NCBI GenBank assembly: GCA_002269645.1
Contig: NIVC01000157.1
Coordinates: 310,001 to 374,000 of the forward strand
Reading direction: 5' to 3'
Length of the DNA: 64,000 nucleotides
Source: Macrostomum lignano
Taxonomy: Eukaryota
Under the pieces are notes generated by a model. The model worked only from the letters and a program-made list of their open reading frames with translations, searched no databases and was not told where the DNA came from. Positions 22,222-34,989 of the stretch are shown in pieces (the first letter of the stretch is position 1; the number at the start of each line of letters is the position of its first letter). The position numbers were made by a program, and so were the translations under genes.

Positions 22222-25200
22222 CTGAAAGAAGAACATTGTGTACTGCTATTTTCAGTTGAACTTCTTTGATATCAAAATATAAAACAATAATAATAAGCTT
22301 GTCTAGTTTTCTATCACTAATATTGGGACATGCTAGAAGACAAAATTGAAATCTCAAGTTTACATTAATAATTTAGCTTCTCAACTTTTCATTTTTTAAA
22401 CAAAGTTTTTAATTATCAGGTATGCACAAAGCTTAGAGTTAGAAAAGCTAGTGTCTTTAAAAAGTGTTTTTTAAGTTTTTTAACATTTAAAAAGTGTTTT
22501 CAATGCTTTCAATGTTTGAATTTTCAATTGAAAAAACCAACCATAGAGGTGATTGGGGGGCATGTTTGCTTATTATATAAAATTTCAATTTATGAAAAAT
22601 TAGATTTAGATGTGGTTATTAAGATATCTGCAAGGTGTCTGCAACCTAGAATAACCTAAAAAAATCCCTTAAAAACTGAAAAATGATAATAACCTAGAAT
22701 TCAATGAAAAACCTGGATCAGTGAAAAATGTAAGCTTATTGTTTAAGTTCCATAAGCAAAAGTCACTGGTGTCTATGCACCTTGTGTCCTTGTTCAATAT
22801 GCAATTAGAGCTGCTAGTATTCTAATGAATATTGCTCTATCCAAGCCACTAATTTTTGAGCATCCAAATGGCCAAATAGCATTACTGCAATGCCCTAGAC
22901 AACAAGAAGAATGAAGAGCAAAATGATAGAAAGTGTCTAAAAAAGAAGAACATCTAAAGAGATTGTATACAAGGAACAAGAAATAGAAGCTAAAAGACAA
23001 GCACTTTTAGTAGAGAGAACTGAGGCTTAACCTTGTGTCTTAAAGCTGCACAAAATGCTCACTCAGAAGAAATGAATAGAGCAAGCTAAACTCTCATGCT
23101 AACAATTTCTACAAACTTACTTCTAAAAACTTGCTTAGTTACTAATTTGATTTTTATGCACTAAATATTTTTAAAAGCTTGAAACAATCAATTTTTCTTA
23201 TATGATATTCTGAACTGGCATTTAAAATTCAATATTTGTTTGCTTTTTATAAAAAACTAAAAATTAACTAAAACCTATAAAATCTTACCTAGAAATAACT
23301 AGAGATAACTTGGAAAAGTTTTGGAAAAACCTAGAAATCAAAAATGAAAATTATAGAGACACCCTATATTAAAAAACAATTTTTATAATGCTTTAATTTT
23401 TTGAATTTTATAGGCCTATTTAAATACCTGCCATAGAGACTTAGTGTGCTAGTATGAACTAAAGATAGAAAGCATCCTAATGCCAATTAGCTACCAATCA
23501 TTTGAGCAATATAAACTTTTGGTAATCAATACTTCAATGAAAATTTAAGAATAATTAAACATTTTGGCAAGAGCAATTGCCATATTGAAAACAGAAAGGG
23601 ATATTTTTTTGCAAATAGCCAACAATATTAATAAGATTATTCTATTTGCTAAAGCAATTCTAATTCAATTCAATGAATGATTAATTCATTCATAAAATAT
23701 ATATATATTTTTAAAAGATATGATCAACTAGATATTTGTCAAATTTATTATAACAATAATTTTATAGGCCTAGGCCAAGGCTAAGGATAGCAAACTAAAT
23801 GTAACCCATCCTTTATATATTGAAATTTTTGTGAATCCAAATTTTTTATGATTTTGGCTCTTTGCCTTGAATAGAAATGTATATAAATCAATGTATATCA
23901 AACTCTCTAACATACTATAATATAGGCCTAACTAAAAGAGAGGAACACATATATGCCTGGGCCTACTTTAATAATAAATAGGCCTATTAAATAAGATTTT
24001 TCCCTTTAAAAAATAAAAAAGTTAAAGCAATCAAGTAATAGCTGCATATTTTTTTTGCTAAATGATTTTAAATCCATATACTAGTAATTTGATTTGACAA
24101 AATGATAGCTGCCAATATTTCAAAGTATTACTAATAAAGAGATTCTTTACAGATATTGATTTTATTAATGCAAACTCAAATACATATTATATTATTGATG
24201 AATAATTATATATACATACAACTAAATAAATCATTTAACACAAGGTATTATTATAGAAGACCATACATGTGCGATACCCCTGATTTACACTAGCTATGCA
24301 ACTTATTTTTTTACCAAAAATGTAACTTACTTAGGCTTATGAAAAACCCTATAGACCAAAAGCAAAAATTAACACAGTTTTAAATAAATAGCAGAAGTAA
24401 TTATAATTGTCTTATTAAGGCCAAATGTTTTGTAATCTATATAATATAATCTGTATTTTCTATTCTAGGTGGGAATTTTTTGCAACTTACCCTAGGCCCA
24501 TCTTCACCACAATTTACAATGGCCAGATTGCCTAGATCCACTAGCAGTTGCATCTAGGACTAGTCTAGGACTAGGATTATGTCGTATAGTGACTAGACTA
24601 GGATTGAATACTAGCAGGCTTACTTTCTTCATTTTATATGTAAGACAGTACAAGTTAACTTTATATTTTTGTATTTAAAAATGTTCATTTATAAATGCAA
24701 TATATAGTTCCCATGCATTTTGGTGCCCATGCTTTTCAGTGCCAGCATTTTACTAGATGATTTTAGTGCCCTAGGCCTAGCCTAAGTGTAAAGTGTCCAG
24801 TGAAAATTTCTAAAAATTGGTAAATTGAAAGTATTTTTTCAACATAAACTTATAAAGAAGTCCAATAATTTAAAAATATCAGAAAATGATAGTAAAACTA
24901 AGCTTTTAATTTTTTATAATAAGATCAAGTGACCTTAGTGCCTGATCGATCGATTTAACTGATCATGTTTAAATTCATATCACGTTTACAAAATACTATC
25001 CATGGTTGTTAAACGAAGCAAACAGTAAATTTTAGTATTAAGCTGAGCTTTACTACGCATAAATGAAACGCCGGCTTAAAAGTAATAGATTTGAATGTTA
25101 TCGCACGCTCAAACACATCTTTTTTTCAACTGCGCGCTCTCGAAAGTAACTTCTTTTGAATAAGTTTTGATTCATGCCTACTAGGCCTAGTACTAGGCTA

Positions 25201-25599
25201 CTTCTAAGGCTATTTAAACAGTTACTGTTTTAGTCAATGGTTTGTCATTTTGCCATTTATGTCGATTAGATCTATTTATTTTATATCTTGATATAAAATT
25301 TATTGTTATCTTTGATTTATTTTTATCAAATTATTATTTCCTTTTTCTAATAAAAAGAATAGCTGGGAATTTTTATGAAAATATTATTTTTGTTGCACTC
25401 TCCTCCATTTTAATTTTTATTAGCAATTTACTAGCAATCTTTGCCCCCCAATGGGGGACATCTGGATAGTATCCTTGTTTTTTACAAATAACAAATAGAC
25501 AGCGAAATAAAGCTTTCAAAAAACAACAACAGACATCTCTACATATAAAAATCAAAACTTTCCCTCTAAAAACAAAACATCCCAAGACAGCAAGCATCC

Positions 25600-25830
25600 T
25601 CAGACAGCATTCAAGCATCCATCCCCAAATAGCAAGCATCCCCCAGACTGCAAGCATCCCCCAGGTAGCAAGCATCCCCCGATAGCAAGCAACCCCAAAT
25701 AGCAAGTATCCCCAGATAGCAAGCATTCCCCCAGACCCCAGATAGTAAGCATCCCCCAGATAGACAGCAAGTATCCCGCAGATAGCAAGCATCCCCCCGA
25801 TAGCAAGCAACCCCAGATAGCAAGCACTCT
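25600..25830. repeat. ~18-bp degenerate repeat (AGCAAGCATCCCCCAGAT)n at the truncated end of the LINE
   Basis: Recurring tagcaagca(t/a)cccc units. Confidence 0.8.
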
Positions 25831-28100
25831 TCAGCCTCCTGGTTGGTGTCGTAGGCGCGTATGGCAGACTTAGCAGAGCAGTTGATGGCGCAGTCAGCTT
25901 TGTTGAAGTGGAGACGGTTGACCACCTTGTAGTGCTTGATGAAGATCTCAGCCTTACTTGCATTGTTGCAGTAGGTTTTGTCTCTGATGGACAGGGCCTC
26001 ATTAGTGGCGTTATCGCCCGGGGTACCACCAAGGCTGCGGACAAGGTGCCAGGCCTTGGTGGCATCTTGGAATAGGTCGGTGTCGCACAGGAATTCCCGC
26101 CAGCTCTATTCCTTGCTCTTGCAGGAGAGTGTAGTGGCGTCTGCACAGGCTTGGAGCCATTTGGCACGGCGGTTACCGACGTCTTTGCTGAGGCAATTGC
26201 GCTTGCGGATGGCCTCGCAAGCCTCCTGGGAGAGCCAGGGCCGGGCTGGACGTTTGGAGGACTTTTTCCCCACATGGCAGTATGCCGATGCTATGATGGC
26301 CTCCGTGAGGTGGCTGGCTCGTTGTTTGAATGAGACGCCGGTGCTTTTGAAGGTGGCGACTTGGGAGTCGACGTCCTGGGCAAATGCTGTCCAGTCTACC
26401 CCGGTGCTTCTCTAGAAAGTCCTGGTCTGACAATGGAGATTCTTGGTGGTGCAGCGGAGGTAGATGGCGATTGGGAGGTGGTCGGAGCTGAGGTCGTCGA
26501 GGGTACTCCAAGAGGTGCAGTGATGCCAAGCGTTGCGGCAAAGCGATACATCTGGCATGCTCTCGCCACCTGTACCGCGGTTAATTCTGGTTGGTGAGCC
26601 GTTATTCATGACCATCAAGCCATGTTCAGTGGCCCAGTCCAGCAGGGTGTTGCCACAACCATTGGCCAGTTGGGTCTGGTCCCAGATGGCCGAGTGGGCA
26701 TTGAAGTTGCCGGCGAGCAGGTTGGCATTTGTTGGGAGGGTTGACCAGAATACCTCGCTGTGTTCTTTGCCGCCATAGACAGGCAGGACGTATACATTAT
26801 CCACGTCCAGGGATTTCTTAGAGCTTAGGAAGATACGTACGCGGCAGGTTTCGATTGGCTCGCAGGTCGTCACCAGCTTGCGTTCGAATGCGAGACAGTC
26901 CCGGATGAATGTGAGCAGCCCACCTCCACCGTCCAGCTGCTTGCGGTCTACCCGAACTGCGGCGTAACCATGGAGGCAAGGGGTGGGGTCCTGCAGGAGC
27001 AGTTTGGACTCCTGGATCAGAATCAGGTCTGGTTTGAGAGAGTTGATGCAGTTTGCCAGCTCGGTGACCCAGGTTGAGATGCTGTCCGCATTCCACTGAA
27101 GAATCAGCAGGGGTTCCTGGAAGGTTGTGGTGCAGAGGCAGGCGCACTGGGTGGAAGTCTGGGCCTGAGTTGTGGTCTGGTTAGTGACTGCCGTCTCGTG
27201 TGCCACTTTTGTTGAGGTGCAGGCCAGGCAGGTCCAGTGACCCTGGGTGGCAGCCAGGTTGGCCGCAAGCCTAGTAAGACGGGTACATTTCTTGTGGAAC
27301 TTAGCATTACACTGACGGCAGGCGATGGGGTGGTGGTTAGAGCGGAAGAGAAAGTAGCACCCGCTGCAGCAGCCGGAGTCTTGAATCGGCGGGTGGGGGT
27401 GACTGGCAGCCGCGGGGCGCCTATCCACGATCGGGCGGCCAGCCAGGGATCTCACCGCAGGTGGGGTGTAGATGGGGCAGCGCCAGCGAGGGCAGCCCTT
27501 GAAGCGCGGGATGCTGCTGCATTTGGTTGTATGGTGGCAGGTTGACGTGCAGCCGGCGGTTTCACACCGTAGCGGAGTGGTGCCAGAGTGGATTGGGCCC
27601 AAGCAGGCACTGCAGTTGCCAGGGGTAGCTGCCTCCGCGGTTGGCGAGTTGCAGGGGGTGCGCTCTGATCTGCTGTAATGTTGGCAGTGCAAGCGTTGGT
27701 TCTGTTGGTATCAGCAGATGCCGCTGCAAGATGGTTGCTTGTGGCAGCGGGTGGGGCACTAACTGGACTGGCAGGAGAGGAAGTTCAAGCCTCTTCTGAT
27801 GGGGCAACCGCAGCAGTTGCAGTCGGGCCCAGGGTTTAGTTCAATGTCGCCTGCAAGCTGGGCGAGCAAACTGAGCCAGAAAAAGAGGCTGATGACAATG
27901 ATGACATGTCTAGACACTGGGAAGTGATCATCGCCTTGCGCCGCAGTTGTGATGTAGTCGTGTACCGGAGGAGGCGGTTGTCTAGGGTTGGGCATCTTGG
28001 CACAGTCGTAGCTGTCCAACCATCCGGGTCGCCAGGTAGAGGCGATGCCCATGACCGCGGCCATGGTGCTATTGTGCTGCTGCTGCTGGTGCTGGTGCTG
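25830..28100 (-). mobile_element. Decayed non-LTR retrotransposon (I-group/Ingi-like by inference): hydrophobic leader, 2A motif, 3 PHD-like fingers, APE endonuclease; truncated before RT
   Basis: GDIELNPGP at 27851-27825. C/H-rich fingers follow. APE motifs: LQWNADSI, DLILIQESKL, GGGLLTFIRD, GNFNAHSAIW, NNGSPTR, SDHLPI. In-frame stops (27759-27761 and one more) and later frameshifts; no RT motifs before the element breaks at ~25830. Confidence 0.88.
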
Positions 28101-28109
28101 GCTAAGCAT

Positions 28110-29652
28110 AGTTTGATGTCTGGACCATAGATGTGTCAACAGGCCCTTTGTTGAGCCACATGCAATTGAAATAGTTGCTTCACACATTTTACACAAGGCA
28201 TGAACCTTGTTGACTTTTTGTGTGCTTTGTGTGCCATTGTTAAATTGACACTGAAATTGAAATATTATTTCATTTTAAAGCACTTGTTATATATATCTAA
28301 ATGTAACATTAACAATTAAAATAAAATATATGCAAGCATAAATTATACCTACAAGGTAAATTTTCTTAAGTTGACCTAGATAAATTTGTAATGAAAATTT
28401 TAGAAACACACACATATATATATATATATATAGTAGTACTCATGATAATTACAATTTTGTGAAATTAAAAGCTTTGAAATTTTTTACTGATACATATGAT
28501 GACAACCCAAGTTAGTATAACTCATTATAATATATAATTATATAGTACTTAAAACTTACTTTAAATTTAATTATGTTAGTATAATAATTTTTGTTAGCTT
28601 AGCACTTCACTTTAAACTTTACTTTAAGTTAAAGTTAAAATTAAAATAGGAGTATAGAACATTATTACAGAATTTGATGCCATGATACACTGAAATATCT
28701 GCATTTAAGCATAAATAAGAGGGATATTAAATCAAAGAGTGCTAGCTGGTCTAGGATTCTAATTAATAAGATAAGCAATTTTAAAGTGTCTTGGCCCTCT
28801 TGGGACTAAGTTTTTTTAAAAACGAAATAATGAACCTAGAGTACTAGGTAGACCTTAGATGATTACAAGTTACAATTACAACCATAGTCATACCTTTATA
28901 AATACTACATTACTTACTGCTAGTATAGTAAGCAAGCTTGGCCTACTATATCTAGAAGTATATTAGTAGATATAGAGAGTAATAATAATAAATAATTTTG
29001 TGACAATTTTTAATAATAATATTACTAATTATAATGATATTTATAATGATAGCTAATGGTCCAAACTGGTATATTTATGCAATAAACTTCTCTTTGCTTA
29101 GTTATTGTACAAGTAGAAATATAAGATTGTTTGATAATAATAAATAATATTTATCAATAAAAGATATTTGATAATAATTGATTACAACAATAATAACTTG
29201 TTTTAATATAGGTTATATAGCTAGCTATGTAATATCAATGTAAATTATCAAAGTGAATGTCATGTTAAATGCCACGTTATAGTTTTAGACATCACGCAAC
29301 TCACAAACATGTGAAATTAAATTACACCTTACAACTGCTCTAACAAATTTTGCTGCTTTTTATGTGTGATTTCGATACAGACATGCAGGCTGCAGTTATA
29401 TTATTTCATATTTTTTAAAGTTGAATCTTTTTTTAAATTTTACATGATTATTTTAGTTAAAACAAGAGAATTAAAATCAGTTTGAATCCCAAAACAATCC
29501 CAGGATTTAAGCCTTAAAATCCTAGGATCCCAATCCCGCACTGTTCTAATCCCAAGGATCATAAATCCCAAAATTTCAAGTCTCAAAAAATCCTGGGATT
29601 GAAATCCCGTGTTTTGAGGCTAAATCCCTGGATCCCAGTATTGAAATGCCTA
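28110..29652 (-). mobile_element. hAT-like transposon 5' portion with BED zinc finger
   Basis: CKMCEATISIACGSTKGLLTHLWSRH (28196-28116) fits the BED finger pattern. The end at 29652 reads TAGGCATTTCAA.. on the minus strand, with many GGGATT/AATCCC subterminal repeats (29480-29640). Confidence 0.65.
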
Positions 29653-32370
29653 ATTGGCTGAGACCTTGTCAGGTGCCTCAGATGTTGAACTAATGCGTAC
29701 ACAGTACAAACTAAATGTATATTTCAGGTCCTACTGTAGATATACTGTGGTGTGAGTGTCAATGTTCAATGCGCACTATACAACACCAACTGTTTGATCA
29801 CATGATTGGTTTGGTGATGAATTTTGGTCCGTTGACTGACCTCAGTGCTATAGAATTTTTGAGGTGTGTCACCAATGACTGCGGGGCATGATTCAGGGTT
29901 GTCACAGGCCTGGTACTGAGCACAGGAACTATATTAGTCAATGTATCAGAGTATTGCAACTGAATTGCGCTTTGCCTAAGAACATGCAGAAGTCAACTGG
30001 TGGTAGCAAGATTAGAATTAAGTTTCCATCAGGAGCAGAGGTGTATGGAGTTAATGCAAATAAGCTATAGTGTCATAGGACCTGACATTCAAAAGTTTTA
30101 AGCCCCTACAAGATGCTGGAAGGATTACATCACCATCATTTGTTTAGTTTAAAGTTTCGCATAGTACAGAGCATAGATGTGACAGAGTAGACAAGTCTAT
30201 TTAACAATGCTACCAGTCAGGTGCATGTAACTGTGAGGGAGCTTGACAATCGAAGTGTGAAAGTAATCGACTTGAGTCAGCAATATGATTAATCTGAATG
30301 CAGTTGTTCTACTATTAACGGAGTTGATCCATTAGCAGTAACAACTGAATGGTGCACTGTGGATCCAGAATCCATTAAGTATTGCCTTGTGCACAGTCTC
30401 AACTGAGGGCCTAGCTGTCATACCTTGGGTTCAATCGGCTTCATGTAAACAACCAGGATGAGCTCTTGCTCTGAAATCAGATGCTCCTTACATCTTGAAG
30501 TTGTTTTCAGTACATTTCTATGATACTCAGAAAACACAAACAAATTAATTTTTTTGCAGAAAGCAATACTTTCTTCCAATATATGCTCCTAGCATAACGG
30601 TAGCTTTACTTGATTCACTAACTCATCACTAATATATTCACCAATTGGCACACTGGATTGGTTGAATAGAACCCTGGGAGAGTTTTTCCTAATTAATTTA
30701 TAACCACAGCAGTATTTGTTATTTGTTTGCAAGCAATTGAATGCACTGATCATTAAACGGCCAGGGAATATTTGTCTTAAATAATTTAAAAGCTGGTAGA
30801 TGAAACACTAAAGTTTATAAAAAAATATGCTACACAAAAACTGCATTATTATCGACACACATGACTAATTTTACGTTCACTGTCCCTTCAGTTATTTCAG
30901 GTTGCACATGGAGCCCCAATCAAACAAATGGTTTGTAGTTCGCTTTGCTCATAATGCAATACAAGCTGTAAATGAGCACGACCTGTACGTCATTTCTGCA
31001 GTGAGCAAAGAAGAGGCTCCTCTACCTCTATGCTACGGGAGGAAAGTGCATGTAGCTGCAGCTGGACGCTCCTCAAGCAGTTTAAAACCCGGAACTCTGA
31101 TGGGTCCTGCTTTGCCTACCCTTGAGCTCGCCCAGTCGATGTGTACAAGCTTCAGTTTATTTCAAAAATCGATGAGTCCTGCCAAATCTAAAAGCGTTGC
31201 GATGCCCAACCGCTGCAACCGTTGCAAAATTTTGCAGCAAGAGCTCGCCGCTGCGAAAAGTAAAATTGACAGACTGCATAAAACACTCTCTGATCAGGAA
31301 CCGCCTCCCAATCATGGGAATAGAGACGGTGAGAATTATATGCTGGACAGCGCCTGGCACTTATTTGTCAAAGTAGACAGCTAGTAAATTAAAAGATAAA
31401 TTAAACAATGCAGTTTAGCTGTACAGCAGTTGCATTACGTTACGTTTCGTTTCATGAATTCTCCTTACCTTTTTAGGGGCATCGACAATCGGCAATGTGC
31501 GTCTGGAGCAGATGAGCAAAAAGCTCGATAAGTTGATCGAATTGTGCAGCGCCCAGAGTGACGGTGGTAGGACCGTTGGACAGGTTACAGAAGAAGGCAC
31601 GCCTCAGGCTGAACCACAGGACAGGTTGATGGAGGAGCGAAATGGCATCGCAACTGGACAGGACGGCGATGAAGGGGGAGGTACATGTCATCTGGTTGAA
31701 GAGCTCCCGGCCGTAACAATAAATAAACAGCGACTCATCGCCATTCAGGCTAATGCGGCTGAGCTCGATGTTACGACAGCCACCAAGTTTGTTACTAAGG
31801 AGTTGCTAATCGAACTAATAGGTATGAAGGCTTATCACTTTCTACGAATTGTCCCGAAATTTTTTTAAATTTGCTTTTTTCGAAATGTCTATCACTTCAC
31901 GATATTTCAGGCCGTGATGCTCTCACATGCGACTCCGGCTCCTATGTTGCTCCTTCGTCTGGAGGCAGAGTTTCATATGTGAGCCTAAAGCCGGAAACCC
32001 TATTAGCGGACAACCGTCACGACAATAGGATTAAAGCTATTGTTCTCTTCGTTCACCGAAAGTGGTCAATAGACTGTTCAGTTGCGCTAATTCGCGTCCG
32101 TGAGACCATCCGGAGTTGGAGGAAAGTGCTAATAGCCAGCCGAAAGAGGTCTGCAGCAACAGCAACGGCCTCATCAGCCAGCTTCAGACAATCCTCCGCC
32201 AGTCCTGAGGCCCATGATTTAAATGGCGAAGACGCTGTCCACGTCTACTTACTCGACAAGCTGCTCGCTCCCTAGAAGTGTGTGAGCTAACTACCATTAA
32301 TTTACAAAAATATTGTCTTTTTTGTACATAAAAATGTGGATAAATTCAATTCCTAAATTGTAACCACGGG
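29653..32370 (+). mobile_element. Decayed EnSpm/CMC-like DNA transposon, 3' part (transposase C-terminus, accessory gene, right end ACCACGGG)
   Basis: TIQHQLFDHMIGLVMNFGPLTDLSAIEF* (29775-29861) resembles the H-x-L-x-H..FGPL..SAF.FE motif of EnSpm-type transposases; stops and a frameshift follow. CCC-type terminus at 32370. Confidence 0.65.
30908..32275 (+). CDS. BEN-domain-like protein (376 aa), 3 exons: 30908-31328, 31477-31821, 31911-32275
   Basis: Both introns are phase 1 with GTGAG/GTATG donors and TTTTAG/TTTCAG acceptors, and the joined frame is uninterrupted. Central coiled coil; C-terminal FVTKELLIELIGRDAL..SG..LKP..RIKAIVLFVHRKW..IRVRETIRSWRK resembles a BEN domain. Confidence 0.7.
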
Positions 32371-34989
32371 CTAGGTACAAGAAGAAGAATGTCGTTCTTT
32401 TTATCTCGGGCGATCGGCGCAACACTCCTCTGTGCCTGCAACTGCCCGTGTAGTCTCATGCCTTTTTTATACAATACCCATTTTCATTCCACTGTGGTGG
32501 TGTCCTACTCAAGGTAGAACTCAAGGTATTAGTTGGGATAACTCGGGGTCTTTTCCGTAACTCGGTACTCGGGATAACTAGGTGTCTTATTAAATTAAAT
32601 TACATTACGAATATATAAGGGTGCGCGAGTACTCGATATCGATACTCGGAAGTGACAATCAGTACTACTCCGATCAGTACTATCAGAGGCCCTGAAGCCT
32701 CCCACTCCCCTGTTTTTTCATGCTATATAAGACTGTTGCTTTTCTTAATCCCTATTTCCCCCTGTTAGTAGCATAGTTAATACATTTACTTGTTTTTTCT
32801 AACTTTGTTTCTCAATAATTTCCATTATTTGCAAATTGTTCATTATTTACTTATAGACATAGTGTAAATACACGCACGTGCATGTTTTTGTCATTAAACA
32901 GACTCGTACCAGTATCCTTGATAATAGTTGCGTACTTTTGCCAAATTCAATAGTATGAAAACGTTGCTACGGCAAGCCAGGGCTTCTAAACATCGAATTC
33001 CTCATTTGGATCACTACTACTGCCAAAAACTTTGCGCACTACTAAGTGCAGTAGATAAATTCGGACATAACTCCTAAATTTGTGAGGCGCTTATTTAATT
33101 TTACAATTCTTCCGTCTTCCAACTTACCTGATCGGCTGGCTAACATGGAAGAAAGTGATTTTAACTAGGAACAGACGTCGCATTTTTCAAGTGGGAATTG
33201 ATTGCTTATTCGCATACGTGTACAAACATTCTTTTTGTTCGCGTTGAAAAAAACTTTGGCCCTATTCTTTACCCTGGAATTCGCGTAGACTATGGTCAAC
33301 GACTTACTTTAACATGGCCTCAACTTGAGTCTGGTTAAAATATATATTTGGCCAAATTATACATGTACGCCCTCTCGTGTGCAACAGCAAAAACATAGTA
33401 AGAATCAATAAAACGCTGCTGCTAGTACGACAAAACTCCAAAAGTACATGTACATGTATAGTCCTTATTAATCACTCGTACAGTAGTCACTCCCACGTAA
33501 TCGGTCACGATGTAAGTGTCAGTGCCGTTGGCTATGAACTTGCTCTTAGAAGAGACCCGTTGAAAACGATAACGAGACAAGAGTTGCTTAAAAGTCGTTA
33601 CAAACAAATCTCTCTAGTGCGTCTGGGGAGTCTCAGGACTTTTTAACAACTCAAATGCGACGGAGAGGCGATCCTAGTGCATCACAAGCGCGTCACGTGA
33701 GTTTTAAAGTCGTAAAAAAGTAGCGAAAAATTAGTAGTCTAAGAATCGTTGTGCTGGCGCTCAACTTTATACTAACTCAGTAGGCTGGTTAATAGAGTGC
33801 AATTAGAGTTCAATAGCTGCAGCTCTCGACAGCACTGCTGCGGTGACCCAATGATTCATGCAATCAGTCACTGCGTTTGACGCCAGCTTGGTTTAGGGTG
33901 GTAGCACACGTCTTCCGAAGCGACTGGTTTAGTGAACCTTCCAGAAGCCTTTGTGTTCAGCCGCCAGAGTCAATTAATCACGAGCACTAGAATTTAGTCT
34001 ATGGTATTGAAAGCTCCCTCCCTTTCCTGTCCTTCCATTCGCCTCGATCGCGCCCGCCCTAATCGGTTTCAACCGTCGAAATTTGGTCTATGGTCGAAAG
34101 TCCTTTTTCGGACTTAACCTTTTCCTCCCGGTATTAAGAGAATATGGAATTTCGCTTGCGGCGCCAATCAAATATTCGTCGAAGGGATCACTTGTGTAAA
34201 AACAATGGCACCATAATTCATTTTTAGAATCTCAGCTCAGCTCCGCCTGCCCTGCCGCCCCCTTTAACCATATATAAAATCGGGTGCATAGTCAGCATCC
34301 TGGATGCAGGATAAGTCCAAAAATCTAGACGGATTAAAAACTCGTAATCTCTGCAGCAGTGTGTGTGGCAACCCAGACAGCACTACAGAAGCCTTCGATC
34401 TGGAAAATGGCAGGCATTTCCTAGCTAGTCAATTAGAATAATTTTCTTAGATTTGTTTTAACGATTTTACTCTTTCGATATAGTATCCTACCACGGGTTG
34501 GCTTATAATTTTTAACAACTTAAGCCCTCTGAGGTCGTCAAGCGTTTGCTACCAAGGGATTAACGATCCTCGGGGCTTTGCGAAATACATAAATGTACAA
34601 ATTTAGCTTGGCTTCGAATCAGTTCCATTATGATTTCTACATGTGAATTTTTGACAATATCAAACTGAATATGTAATTTTCTCGGCAGTCATAAATTGAG
34701 TTGCTTGAATAATTTGCGTGAGGGGGTTAAAAACTACATGTTGCATTGGAAAAGATCTGCTCCCTCAAAAACTCGTAAATTTTAGTATTTTCTCTGTGAG
34801 AAATTCATATGTCCCATCGGCTCTGCCAGCTCAGCTAGAGGACACTAATCTGGCAGTATCATATGTCCCATCTATGCATGCATATCGCAGCTTCATGGAT
34901 TAATTGAAAAGGAAATCGCTGTTCAATGTCCTTCTCCCAGCGGCGTACGCAGGAGTTATTTTTCAAGTGGGCCACTGCCCTAAGGGGCG

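Noticed and set aside
22631-23368. Possible hAT MITE (caaggtgtct .. agacacccta)
   Set aside because: The TIR match is short and degenerate, with no convincing 8-bp TSD.
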